Of a stretch of DNA of 64,000 nt, positions 1 through 9,584 are shown one piece after another. Origin of the DNA: Planctomycetota bacterium (GTDB lineage: Bacteria; Planctomycetota; UBA8108; SXIK01). Position numbers and translations under genes: made by a program. The stretch's first letter is position 1. Every line of letters begins with the position of its first letter. The DNA lies in the NCBI GenBank assembly GCA_965223845.1, contig CBDCXR010000004.1:6944001-7008000 (forward strand), written 5' to 3'. The notes below the pieces were generated by a model that saw only the letters and a list, made by a program, of their open reading frames with translations, did not search any database and was not told where the DNA came from.

Positions 1-1
1 T

Positions 2-2095
2 GCCGTCCGTCGCCGCGTGGAGTCCCGCGGGCGCACGGCCGACGGCGCCGAGGTCGCCGACGCCCTCCGCGCTGCCGCGGACGCGGCTGCACGCACGGCG
101 GCGCCGACCGCGACGGAAGAGACGCGCGGACAGGCGAATGAGACCGCGGTGCCGAACGCCCAGCAACAGGGACAGCAGCAGGCGGCAAAGGAGCCCGTGT
201 CCGCGTTCGCCGGTAAGCCGCTCGGCGAGACCGCATCTCAGCCCGCCGAAGCGGAAGCGGTCGAGGGCATCGCGGACAGTCTGGCGGTGGATGGCGAGCC
301 GGGCGAGGACGCCGTCTCGGCGAGTGAGGGGACCGCCGCCGAGGAGCCGGCGAAGCGCGCGACGGTGGCAGCCGTTTCCGCTCCCGCTCCCGTTCAGGAG
401 GTGACCGGCGCGCGGGCGGCGACTCCGGCGAGCGGAAGCACCGAAACGAAGCCGGTCGTCGACGCGAAGGCGCTCGTCGACGAGTTTTGCCGCCGGATCG
501 CGCCGCGCTCCGGGGAAGCGCCCGATCTCATGTTCTTCCGCTACTGGGGAACGAATCCGTTCGTCGAGGCGATCGTCGATCCGCTCTCGACGTTCGCCGT
601 CGACACGGACTCGGCGAGCTACACGCTTCTTCGAAAGTACCTCATGGACCGTGGGCTGCTCCCGCCGACCCAGGCGATTCGTACCGAGGAATTCATCAAC
701 TACTTCCGCAATGGCTACGAACCGCCGAGCGGAGGCGACGCGTTCGCGATCCACACCGAGATGGCGCCGAGCCCCTTCGGTCACGAGCCGGAGTATCAAC
801 TCCTCAAGGTCGGGATCAAGGGACGCGAGGTGAGCCGCGACGAGCGGAAGGGAAGCTCACTCGTCTTCGTCGTCGACACGTCGGGTTCGATGCGGCGCGA
901 GAATCGTCTCGAGCTCGTCAAGGACGCGCTTCGGCTCCTCGTGAAGGAGCTCGACGAGGGCGACTCGATCGGCATCGTCGCATTCGATCGCGAGTCGCGC
1001 GTCGTTCTCGAACCGACGCCGGCCGATCAGCGAGAGAAGATCCTGAACGGGATCGGCCTCCTCGAGTCGCGCCGGAACACGAACGTCGACGCCGGACTGC
1101 GCGCGGGCTACGCGATGTCCGAGAAGGTGTTCGATGCGAACGCCAACAATCGCGTGATCCTCCTTTCCGACGGTGTCGCGAACACCGGCGTCACCGATGT
1201 GAACGGCATGCTCGAGAACACGAAGGCGCAGCGCGCGAAGGGGATCTACCTCACGTGCGTCGGCGTCGGCATGGGGAACCACAACGACACCCTGCTCGAG
1301 CAGCTCGCCGATCGCGGAGACGGTCAGTGCGTCTACGTCGATCGCATCGAGGAAGCGCGCAAGGTGTTCGTCGAGAGCCTCGTCGGAACACTCGAGACGA
1401 TCGCCCGCGACGTCAAGATCCAGGTCGAATTCGACAAGGAGAAGGTGATCCGCTACCGTCTCCTCGGCTACGAGAACCGCGCGATCGCCGACAGCGCCTT
1501 CCGCGACAACACAGTCGACGCGGGCGAAATCGGCGCCGGCCACGAAGTGACCGCTCTCTACGAGCTCAAGCTCTCGCCCGGAGCGAACGGCAAGCTCGCG
1601 ACGGTGCGCGTCCGTCATCTCAAGGTCGACGACGGCTCGGCGGTCGAGGTCGAGCGTCTCGTCGACGATGCGAGCCGCCGGGGGACGATCGCCGACTCGT
1701 CTGCGCGCTTCCGTCTGAGCGCTTACGTCGCGGAGTTCGCGGAGGTCTTGCGCGACAGCTACTGGGCGCGGGGGAGTGATCTCAGTCGCGTCGCCGGTCT
1801 GACGCGGGATCTCCTCGCCGACGTTCCGGGGGCGCTCGGACCGGATCCGGAAGTCGCGGAGCTCGTCGCACTGATGCTGCGCGCGGCACCGCTCGTCGAA
1901 AAGCGCCACGCGGGTCACGGCGAGGTAGCGGAGGTCATGGACGCGCTCCGCGAGAATACTTACCACCGCACCCGGGCCGAGCAGGTCCAGAGCGAAGGTG
2001 AGCAGCGCGCTGAGTATCTCGAAGAGATCCAGCGCCAGAACGAGCAGCTTCGCCGGCGGCTCGAGAGTCTGATCGAGCAGTCTTACCGTCAGTAG
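2..2095 (+). CDS. YfbK-like von Willebrand factor A domain protein (vWF_A + VWA + DUF3520-like), 5'-truncated by window edge
   Basis: STFAVDTDSASY, RTEEFINYF, MIDAS DTSGSM, LLSDG, YRLLGYENR, DAGEIGAGHEVTALYE; frame open to the window start; C-terminal coiled coil. Confidence 0.9.
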   Translation, partial: AVRRRVESRGRTADGAEVADALRAAADAAARTAAPTATEETRGQANETAVPNAQQQGQQQAAKEPVSAFAGKPLGETASQPAEAEAVEGIADSLAVDGEPGEDAVSASEGTAAEEPAKRATVAAVSAPAPVQEVTGARAATPASGSTETKPVVDAKALVDEFCRRIAPRSGEAPDLMFFRYWGTNPFVEAIVDPLSTFAVDTDSASYTLLRKYLMDRGLLPPTQAIRTEEFINYFRNGYEPPSGGDAFAIHTEMAPSPFGHEPEYQLLKVGIKGREVSRDERKGSSLVFVVDTSGSMRRENRLELVKDALRLLVKELDEGDSIGIVAFDRESRVVLEPTPADQREKILNGIGLLESRRNTNVDAGLRAGYAMSEKVFDANANNRVILLSDGVANTGVTDVNGMLENTKAQRAKGIYLTCVGVGMGNHNDTLLEQLADRGDGQCVYVDRIEEARKVFVESLVGTLETIARDVKIQVEFDKEKVIRYRLLGYENRAIADSAFRDNTVDAGEIGAGHEVTALYELKLSPGANGKLATVRVRHLKVDDGSAVEVERLVDDASRRGTIADSSARFRLSAYVAEFAEVLRDSYWARGSDLSRVAGLTRDLLADVPGALGPDPEVAELVALMLRAAPLVEKRHAGHGEVAEVMDALRENTYHRTRAEQVQSEGEQRAEYLEEIQRQNEQLRRRLESLIEQSYRQ

Positions 2096-2193
2096 GCGCT
2101 GCGACTATCCCCTGCCGGGCGAAGATCGCTCGATCCGATTCGCGCTCGCGCGGCTGTTCGAAGGAACAGGCGCGCGAGCGCGTTTCGATCGGT

Positions 2194-2691
2194 TCAGGAG
2201 CGTTCCCACTCGGCGTCGGTGACGTACTCGACGACTCCCGTCGCGGCGTCGAGGATCGCGACGACTTCGCCCGATCCGGAGTACGCTTCGAGGCGACCCG
2301 TCCCCCCGCGCCACTCGGCAGTCACGACGAAAAGGATGAATCTCTCGTCGAGAAACTCGTAAGTGCCTTCGTAGACGCCGGAGATCGTGGAGCCGTCGGC
2401 TGCCGTCGTCTCGAACGCGCCGACGAGCGTTCCGTCGAGGAAGAAGTCGTGGCCGCCGACTTGCGTGTAGCGACCGATGTGCGTGCCGCGACCGATCGCG
2501 ACGAAATCCTGCCGGCCGACCGGGAGCTCGGGGGTCGGATCGCGCTGGAAGATGACCTGGCCTTCCGCGCTTTCTCGATGCGGGATCGAGCTCGGTGCGT
2601 CGGCCCGCCCGGGCAGAACGGGAGCAAGCGCGGCGCACAGTCCGACGAACAGCGTGAGTCTGCGGAAAGACTGCATGGCGAGTCCTTTCAT
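2194..2691 (-). CDS. Secreted hypothetical protein (beta-rich)
   Basis: Signal peptide-like N-terminus (FRRLTLFVGLCAALAPVLPGRADA); GRGTHIGRY and GGTGRL motifs; co-oriented with the upstream dockerin-protein gene. Confidence 0.7.
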   Translation of the reverse strand: MKGLAMQSFRRLTLFVGLCAALAPVLPGRADAPSSIPHRESAEGQVIFQRDPTPELPVGRQDFVAIGRGTHIGRYTQVGGHDFFLDGTLVGAFETTAADGSTISGVYEGTYEFLDERFILFVVTAEWRGGTGRLEAYSGSGEVVAILDAATGVVEYVTDAEWERS

Positions 2692-2877
2692 TGGCGCTCG
2701 GAGAAGAGCGCGGGGTGGAAGCCGCCGCGGACGCGCCGCGCCGACCGAGGGGCAAGAGACACCTAGCCTGTGAGAAACGCGGGCTAGCCTCTCGAGCGCT
2801 GTAGTTCTTGGACCGAGGCGAGCGGCCAGGCGGGCTCGTTCGTGCGCTCGAGCCTCGAGCTCGCGGCCGATCGCGAG

Positions 2878-5010
2878 CTAACGCGTCCGGCACCCGACCG
2901 GCGTGGCGCAGCCGAGTTTGAGATCCTCGGTGGTCCCGCTGATCGCGCACTCGCCGAAGGGGTGCGGCGGCGGGGGGCCGCCCCCGAAGGCGTAGTTGAG
3001 CAGGTAGATCGCGTCCGAGATCGCGTCGAGCTCGCCGCTTCCGTTCGAGTCGCAGGCCGCGGGACACTCCGGGGCCGGACCGCCAAGGAATGCGTAGCCG
3101 AGCGTGAAGATCGCATCGGCGATGTTGACCGACCCGTCGCCGTTGCAATCGCCTCGGGCGAACACGACGAACGGGAAGGGCCGAACGACTTGATCGAGCT
3201 TGACGACTCGGAGTACGGAGTCGCGCTCCGGTCCGAGGGGAATGTGATTCACGTTTCGGGTCGATCGCACGACCATGCGATCGCCGTCGAGCGCGACGAC
3301 GTCGCCCGGGAAGCCGAGGTCGCTCGTGACGTCCGTCGAGAGGTCGTGAATGAAGAGGGACGCATCCTCGAGATCGCCGTCGCCGGTCAGGTCCTGCCCG
3401 CGGAACTGTTCGTTTTGCTCGGCGACGATCCAGCGTCCTTCTCCGAGCGCGTCGACCGGTCCCAACATCCCCGAAGGAAGAAGCGACCCGGTCGCGAGAT
3501 GGAGGGTGAAGTGCACCCAGTCACGGGCATCGCCGTCACCGTTGAGATCGCGTCCACCGTGGGCTTCACGCGCGACCACGCTCGCCCAGTGATCGCTCAG
3601 GATTCGACTCGACCCAGCGACGCCGGGCCGGACTTGCCGACCCGAGGCGAGATCGAGGAACACGGAGACGAAATCGAGCTGGTCGCCGTCGCCGTTCTCG
3701 TCGCTCTCATGCTGTTCCTCGGAGACTTCGACTCGCAGCCAGCGGCCGAAGATCTGTGCGTGACCGCCCGGTAGCCCGGTGTTTCGAACTTCTCCCGCAT
3801 CGGCATCGAACACGTGGACGACCAGATCACTTCGGTCGCGGTCTGCGTTGAGGTCGGCTCCCTGAGCAGATTCGCTCACGTGGATCGGGGTGTATCGCGG
3901 GACGTCGTCCCTGCCGCAGACCGAAGCGCCGCCCGCGTGGTGCAGTTCGCAGGGCGGCGCGTCTCCGACGCGAACCGCCGCAATTTCGAGGGAGCGCGAC
4001 TCGAGCGTCTCGAGGTGCAGCGCGTGGAGGGCGGTGCTTTCAGGCGGGAAGTAGAGGAGGTGGTTTCCGGCGAATCCAAAGAGCTCCTTCCCCCCGAGTC
4101 GACGGGTCGTTCCGGCTTCCAGATCGCGCAGATGAAGCACGTGATCGTCGGCGAATCCGTCCCCGTCGAGATCGATTCCCCCGTGATCGCGCTCGGAGAC
4201 CTCCTCGACGAGGAATCCCTGAGAGAGGGGAGGGCGGCCGTCTCCCGCGTAAACTGCGAGGCCCAGATTCTCGAGCTCACCGCGCTCGAGATCGAAGACG
4301 TGATCGACGTGATCGAGTCGGTCTCCGTCTCCGTTCAGGTCGCGTTCGGCGCTCGCCTCCGCGACACGAACGACCAGCCAGCGACCGTCGAGCCACGAAC
4401 GTGCACCGGCGAACGGAACGATTCGTGTCGCGCCCGTGTCGAGATCGAGCACGAGCAACACCTCGTCGTCTTCGTCGCGGTCTTCGTTCAGGTCTCGGCT
4501 TTGGTGCTCCTCGGCGACGCGGAGCACGACCCAGCGTCCGAGTTGGCGAGCCTCCGGCGAATCGGAGCCCGGACGGTGGACCGCAACGCCGGTGTTCCGG
4601 ATCTCACCCGCCTCGATGGCGAGGTGATGGAGCACCGTATCGCGGCGATCGCCGTCGCCGTTCAGGTCCTCTCCCTGATCGGACTCGTACACGTAGAACG
4701 CGAGTCCGTCACCGTGGACGGGGCCGCTCACTGCCGCGAGACCGGTGCGTCGCTCCTCGAACGACGTGAGATGAAAGAGCTCGAGGACCGCATCGTCCCG
4801 ATCCCCGTCGCCGTTCAGATCGGTGGAGAGTCGCTCGCTGCGGGAGAAGATGAACCAGTCGCCGTGCAGGTCCGCGTGGTCGGCGTCGAAGTCGATGTAC
4901 GGCCCAGGGACGACGATCGCCGCGACGGGGGCAAAGAACATCGCTGCTCCGAGGGGTAGAAAGAACCTCGTCGCGAAGACGATCCGGAGCGTAGATGAGG
5001 TGCGCTTCAT
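2878..5010 (-). CDS. Secreted protein with nine DLNGDGD-type Ca-binding repeats and C-terminal dockerin-like domain
   Basis: Signal peptide; repeated E..x.DLNGDGDxxD.V motif; C-terminal FARGDCNGDGSVNIADAI...CDSNGSGELDAISDAIYLL. Confidence 0.85.
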   Translation of the reverse strand: MKRTSSTLRIVFATRFFLPLGAAMFFAPVAAIVVPGPYIDFDADHADLHGDWFIFSRSERLSTDLNGDGDRDDAVLELFHLTSFEERRTGLAAVSGPVHGDGLAFYVYESDQGEDLNGDGDRRDTVLHHLAIEAGEIRNTGVAVHRPGSDSPEARQLGRWVVLRVAEEHQSRDLNEDRDEDDEVLLVLDLDTGATRIVPFAGARSWLDGRWLVVRVAEASAERDLNGDGDRLDHVDHVFDLERGELENLGLAVYAGDGRPPLSQGFLVEEVSERDHGGIDLDGDGFADDHVLHLRDLEAGTTRRLGGKELFGFAGNHLLYFPPESTALHALHLETLESRSLEIAAVRVGDAPPCELHHAGGASVCGRDDVPRYTPIHVSESAQGADLNADRDRSDLVVHVFDADAGEVRNTGLPGGHAQIFGRWLRVEVSEEQHESDENGDGDQLDFVSVFLDLASGRQVRPGVAGSSRILSDHWASVVAREAHGGRDLNGDGDARDWVHFTLHLATGSLLPSGMLGPVDALGEGRWIVAEQNEQFRGQDLTGDGDLEDASLFIHDLSTDVTSDLGFPGDVVALDGDRMVVRSTRNVNHIPLGPERDSVLRVVKLDQVVRPFPFVVFARGDCNGDGSVNIADAIFTLGYAFLGGPAPECPAACDSNGSGELDAISDAIYLLNYAFGGGPPPPHPFGECAISGTTEDLKLGCATPVGCRTR

Positions 5011-5094
5011 GGTCGGAGCCTCGAGCCGGGGGACGAAACGATCGAGCCGGGGAACAGGACGCGAACGTCGGTCGCTTTCCCGGTCCTCCGGCCA

Positions 5095-5146
5095 CTAGTG
5101 CGGAAAGCGGCCGCCGAACCGGTCACGGCTTCAGCGGATTTTTTCC
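5095..5146 (-). promoter_or_regulatory. Putative ECF-type promoter for the dockerin-protein gene
   Basis: Minus strand GGAAAAAATC...GTGACC...TTTCCGCACTA in the divergent gap beside the ECF gene; resembles, from memory, motifs near planctomycete ECF/kinase pairs. Confidence 0.35.
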
Positions 5147-5213
5147 GACTCGGCCGAGGGCCGATTGCCGACAATGAAGTTCGTTTCGGAGCACGACTGG
5201 GAGTCGAGAATCG

Positions 5214-5798
5214 ATGGCGCATCCTCCTTCGCGCGATGTCACGCAGCTCTTACGAGCCTGGGGCGACGGCGACGAGTCCGCGGCCGGCGACCTCGTTCCG
5301 CTCGTCTACGACGAGCTCCACCGGCTCGCGAAGTCGTACCGCCGACGGGAGCGCACGGACCTCGTGCTTCAGACGACGGCGATCATCAACGAGGCCTACA
5401 TCCGTCTGGTGGATGCGCGCGCGGCGGGGTGGCAGAGTCGTCGTCACTTCTACGCCACCGCGGCGCGCGTGATGCGCCGGATCCTCGTCGACCTCGCGCG
5501 AGAACGCGACAGCGCGAAGCGAGGGAAGGGCGTTCGGTCGTTGCCGCTCGACGCGGGCTGCGCGGTCGCTCCGGAGCGAGACGCAAGTCTGCTGGAGCTC
5601 GATGAAGCTCTCGAAAGTCTCGCCGAGCTCGACGAGAGAAAAGGTCGTGTCGTCGAGCTCCGTTTTTTTGGCGGACTCACCGAGGAGGAGGTGGCGAAGG
5701 TGCTCGAGGTGTCCCCCGAGACGATCCGCCGCGACTGGCGGTTCGCGAAATCCTGGCTGCAGCGCTATCTGAGCGAGAGCCGGCCGAATGAACCCTGA
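5214..5798 (+). CDS. ECF RNA polymerase sigma factor (planctomycete kinase-associated, TIGR02999-like)
   Basis: VTQLLRAW, LVPLVYDELHRLA, LQTTAIINEAYIRL, VVELRFFGGLT, RDWRFAKSWL. Confidence 0.93.
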   Translation: MAHPPSRDVTQLLRAWGDGDESAAGDLVPLVYDELHRLAKSYRRRERTDLVLQTTAIINEAYIRLVDARAAGWQSRRHFYATAARVMRRILVDLARERDSAKRGKGVRSLPLDAGCAVAPERDASLLELDEALESLAELDERKGRVVELRFFGGLTEEEVAKVLEVSPETIRRDWRFAKSWLQRYLSESRPNEP

Positions 5799-8700
5799 GC
5801 GGTGGGCGAGAGTCGAGGAGCTCTATCACGCCGCGCTCGAGCTCGATCCGACGAAGCGAGACGCGTATCTCGCTGAGGCGTGCGGCGACGACGCGGCGCT
5901 ACGCCGCGAGGTGGTCGAGCTCCTCTTTCACGATAGCGACGGAGATTCGCTCTTCGAGGCCCCCGCGATTCACGTCGCCGCGCGCTACTTTCTGGAATCT
6001 GAAGACGGCGGGAGTGGCGCCGGAGAGAGAGCGGGCGACGCTGACACCGCGCCGGCGCGACGCGCTCCCCTTCCGATCGCCCCCGGCGAGACGATCTCCC
6101 ACTACCGGGTTCGCGAGCACCTGGGCGACGGCGGCATGGGCATCGTGTACCGCGCCACCGATTCCCGCCTCGGGCGAGATGTTGCGCTGAAGCTACTCCC
6201 CGAAGGCTTCGCGCGCGATTCCGGCCGCATGCGTCGCTTCGAGCGTGAAGCCCGCACCGCGTCAGCGCTCAATCATCCGCACATCTGTACGATCCACGAC
6301 TGGGACGAACACGAGGGCTCACCGTTCATCGTGATGGAGCTCGTCGACGGTCGCACCCTTCGCGACATGATCGACGCCACTGCACCGTTCGACACTCTCC
6401 TCCGCTACGCCGCAGACGTCGCCAAGGCGCTCCGCGCCGCTCACGACGCCGGCATCGTTCATCGCGACGTCAAGCCGGAGAACATCATGGTGCGTCGCGA
6501 CGGAATCGTGAAGGTCCTAGACTTCGGCTTGGCTCGACCGGTGGCCGAGAGGTCGCGTTCGAGTCACGACGACGGGCGGAGTCCACCGCTCGATTCGAGG
6601 GGCACGGCGGCGACGGACGCCGGGACGATTCTCGGCACCGTGCGCTACATGTCTCCCGAGCAGACGCGCGGCGAGCCCGCCAGCGTCGCGAGTGACATCT
6701 TCGCGTTCGGAATCGTCCTCTACGAGATGGTGGCTCGAGTCCATCCCTTCAAGGCAGAGACGCAGCGCTCCACGCTCGACGCGATTCGCCGCTGCTCGAT
6801 CGGTCCGCCGTCGCAGCGATTTCCCGGCGCGCCGCTTTCGCTCGACGACTTGATCGTATCGATGCTGGCGAAGGATCCCTCGGCGCGACCGACGGCGTCG
6901 GAAGTCGCGGAGAAGCTCGATTCACTCGCCGCGCTTCTTCCCCGCGTTCGCGAGCCGTCCGCCGGACGCGCTCCGCGGCGTACGGTCGGACGGCAGACCG
7001 AGCTCGCTCGACTCCACGCCGCGTTTGGCAGCGCGGCGTCCGGCAACGGGGAGTTCGTCGCGGTCGTCGGCGAACCGGGAATCGGCAAGACGACGCTCGT
7101 CGGCGAGTTCCTGCGTGACGTCGGCGCGGTCTCGGCCCGAGGGCGGTGTTCGGAGCGTCTCGCCGGATCGGAAGCGTATCTGCCGATCCTCGAGCTCCTC
7201 GACGATCTCGTCCGGAGCGACGGGCACGGTCTTGTGGAGCCCGCTTTGGCCGCGGCGGCCCCGTCCTGGTGGGCGGAGATCGCGCCGGCGACGGATGAAA
7301 AGTCCCCGCGCGCCGAGTCGAGCGCGAGCGTAATCGCCGTCTCGCAGGAGCGACTGAAACGAGAGTTTGTCGCGTTCCTCGCGGAGTTGCTGCGCACCCA
7401 TCCACTGGTCCTTTTCATCGACGATCTCCATTGGTCGGATCTTTCGACCGTCGACCTCCTCTCGTACGTCGGCACTCGGTTGCGCGACCTACGACTCCTC
7501 GTCGTCGTGACGTATCGACCGACCGAAATGCGAGTCCGCCAGCATCCCTTTCTGGCGATCCAATCGGAGCTGCAAGGACGCGGAGTTTGTCACGAGTTGT
7601 CCCTCGGTTTTCTCCGTCACGAAGATGTCCGGCACTACCTCGAGATCGAGTTCCCCGATCACCGCGTTCCCGAGGAGCTCGTGGATATCATTCTCGAGCG
7701 GACGGAGGGAAACGCCCTCTTCATGGTCGATCTGGTCGAGCACCTTCGCGAACGGAGCATGCTCGTCGAAGAGGGGGACGCGTGGATTCTCGATCGATCG
7801 CGCGTCCGCCTCGAGCACGAGCTCCCCGAATCGACGCGCGGAATGATTCAGCGAAAGAGCGAGCAGCTCGGTGAGGACGAGCGTCATCTGCTTTCCCTCG
7901 CGAGCGTGCAGGGGTACGAGTTCGACACCGCGGTCCTCGCTCGCGCACTCGGGTCGGATCCCGCCGAGATCGAGGAGAGATTGGCCGAGCTCGAGCGAGT
8001 CCACGGTTTCGTCGAGCGAGAATCAGAGCGGGAGCTTCCCGACGGAACTCTCACCGTCCGCTACCGGTTCGTCCACGTTCTGTATCAGAACTTGCTTCAT
8101 TCGGAGCTTCAGCCGTCTCGGCGCGTGTCGTGGAGTGCGGCGGTGGCGGAGGCTCTCGCTCGGTTCCACGAACGGCAAGCTACGGGCGTTGCCCACGAGC
8201 TCGCGGTGCTTCTCGAAGCGGCTCGCGAATTCGACCGTGCCGCCGAGCAGTTTCTGCTCGCGGCGAAGCACGCGCTCGACGTTTTCGCCTACCGCGAGGC
8301 CTCCCTCCTTGCCGAGAGGGGACTCGGCGCACTCGGTCGAAGCGCGGAGGGAGGTGGACGGGAGAGCCTTCGGTTGATCCTCCGGCTCGTTCTCAGCACC
8401 GCTCTCACGGCCGCAAAGGGCTACGCGGCGCCCGATACGGCGGCGAGCTGGACGACGACACGCCGGCTAGCGGAAGAGATGGGAGAGAAGCGACTCGCCT
8501 ATCTGGGTACCTTCGGCCTCGGCGTGGGGCACATGGTGGCGGACGAGCTCGGCGCCGCGCGCAGATCCGCCGATCGCTTGCTCGAGATGGCCGCCGAGCT
8601 CGACGACCCCGTACTCGAGATGGGCGGCCACTCGCTCAAGGGCTACGCGGTCGAGTTCATGGGCGAGTTCGACTTGGCGCGAACGCATCTCGAGCGAGCG

Positions 8701-9528
8701 AGCGCACTTCACGATCCACAGCAGCACGGCGCGTACTATTCGTTCTTCGGATACGATCCCGGCGCATTCGCCGAGATCGAGAGGAGCCGTGTGCTCGCCG
8801 CGCTCGGGTTCCTCGACCAGGCGAAGCGTCGACTCGATGAAGCGTTCGCGTGGGCACGGGCCTTCGGCCATCCGCAGACGGTCTCGAACTCGTACCACAA
8901 CGCCGTGATCGTCCACTGCCTCCGCGGCGAGCACCATCGCGTGAAGGAGCTCGCCGAAGCGGGTCTCGCTTATTGCGAGGAGTACGGAATCGCGAATGAT
9001 CGCGGCTGGCTCATCGTCACGCATGGCGCGGCTCTCGTCGCTCTCGGGCGGGCCGAGGAAGGGATCACCGAGATGCGAGACGCGATCGCGGCGCTGCGCG
9101 CAATGCGGGCGGAGGTCGTGTTCTCGTACTACCTCGGTCTTCTCGGCGACGGGCTCTTTCGGTGCGGACGAATTCGCGAAGCCGACGAGGTGGTCGCCGA
9201 GGCGCTCGCGATCGTGAACGAGAGGGACGATCACTTTTACGAGGCCGAATTGCTGCGTCTTCGCGGAGAGCTACTTCTCGCCCGGTCCACGACAAATCGA
9301 GCTGCGGCGAAGGAATGGTTCGGGCGAGCCATGGCCGTCGCTGGGCGTCAGGAGTCGAGGCTGTTCGAGCTTCGCGCCGCGGTGAGTGAAGCTCGAGTTC
9401 TCTGCGACGAGAGGGATCGCGACGGCGCTCGGTCGGTTCTCGCTCCGCGCTTCAAATGGTTCACCGAGGGATTCGATACCGCGGATCTCTCCGCGGCGAA
9501 GGGCTTGCTCGACGCCCTGGAGTCGTAG
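5788..9528 (+). CDS. Ser/Thr protein kinase fused to AAA/STAND-like NTPase and TPR-like repeats
   Basis: LGDGGMGIVY, VALK, HRDVKPEN, DFG, GTVRYMSPE; second domain VGRQTEL, GEPGIGKT, FIDDLHW, GNALF; C-terminal ..FTEGFDTADL..A..LL; overlaps the sigma stop codon. Confidence 0.93.
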   Translation: MNPERWARVEELYHAALELDPTKRDAYLAEACGDDAALRREVVELLFHDSDGDSLFEAPAIHVAARYFLESEDGGSGAGERAGDADTAPARRAPLPIAPGETISHYRVREHLGDGGMGIVYRATDSRLGRDVALKLLPEGFARDSGRMRRFEREARTASALNHPHICTIHDWDEHEGSPFIVMELVDGRTLRDMIDATAPFDTLLRYAADVAKALRAAHDAGIVHRDVKPENIMVRRDGIVKVLDFGLARPVAERSRSSHDDGRSPPLDSRGTAATDAGTILGTVRYMSPEQTRGEPASVASDIFAFGIVLYEMVARVHPFKAETQRSTLDAIRRCSIGPPSQRFPGAPLSLDDLIVSMLAKDPSARPTASEVAEKLDSLAALLPRVREPSAGRAPRRTVGRQTELARLHAAFGSAASGNGEFVAVVGEPGIGKTTLVGEFLRDVGAVSARGRCSERLAGSEAYLPILELLDDLVRSDGHGLVEPALAAAAPSWWAEIAPATDEKSPRAESSASVIAVSQERLKREFVAFLAELLRTHPLVLFIDDLHWSDLSTVDLLSYVGTRLRDLRLLVVVTYRPTEMRVRQHPFLAIQSELQGRGVCHELSLGFLRHEDVRHYLEIEFPDHRVPEELVDIILERTEGNALFMVDLVEHLRERSMLVEEGDAWILDRSRVRLEHELPESTRGMIQRKSEQLGEDERHLLSLASVQGYEFDTAVLARALGSDPAEIEERLAELERVHGFVERESERELPDGTLTVRYRFVHVLYQNLLHSELQPSRRVSWSAAVAEALARFHERQATGVAHELAVLLEAAREFDRAAEQFLLAAKHALDVFAYREASLLAERGLGALGRSAEGGGRESLRLILRLVLSTALTAAKGYAAPDTAASWTTTRRLAEEMGEKRLAYLGTFGLGVGHMVADELGAARRSADRLLEMAAELDDPVLEMGGHSLKGYAVEFMGEFDLARTHLERASALHDPQQHGAYYSFFGYDPGAFAEIERSRVLAALGFLDQAKRRLDEAFAWARAFGHPQTVSNSYHNAVIVHCLRGEHHRVKELAEAGLAYCEEYGIANDRGWLIVTHGAALVALGRAEEGITEMRDAIAALRAMRAEVVFSYYLGLLGDGLFRCGRIREADEVVAEALAIVNERDDHFYEAELLRLRGELLLARSTTNRAAAKEWFGRAMAVAGRQESRLFELRAAVSEARVLCDERDRDGARSVLAPRFKWFTEGFDTADLSAAKGLLDALES

Positions 9529-9584
9529 CGCGGTCCTCGACGAGAGCCGCTCCGCGCGGGGTCGAGCGAGCCGCCGCTCGGGCG

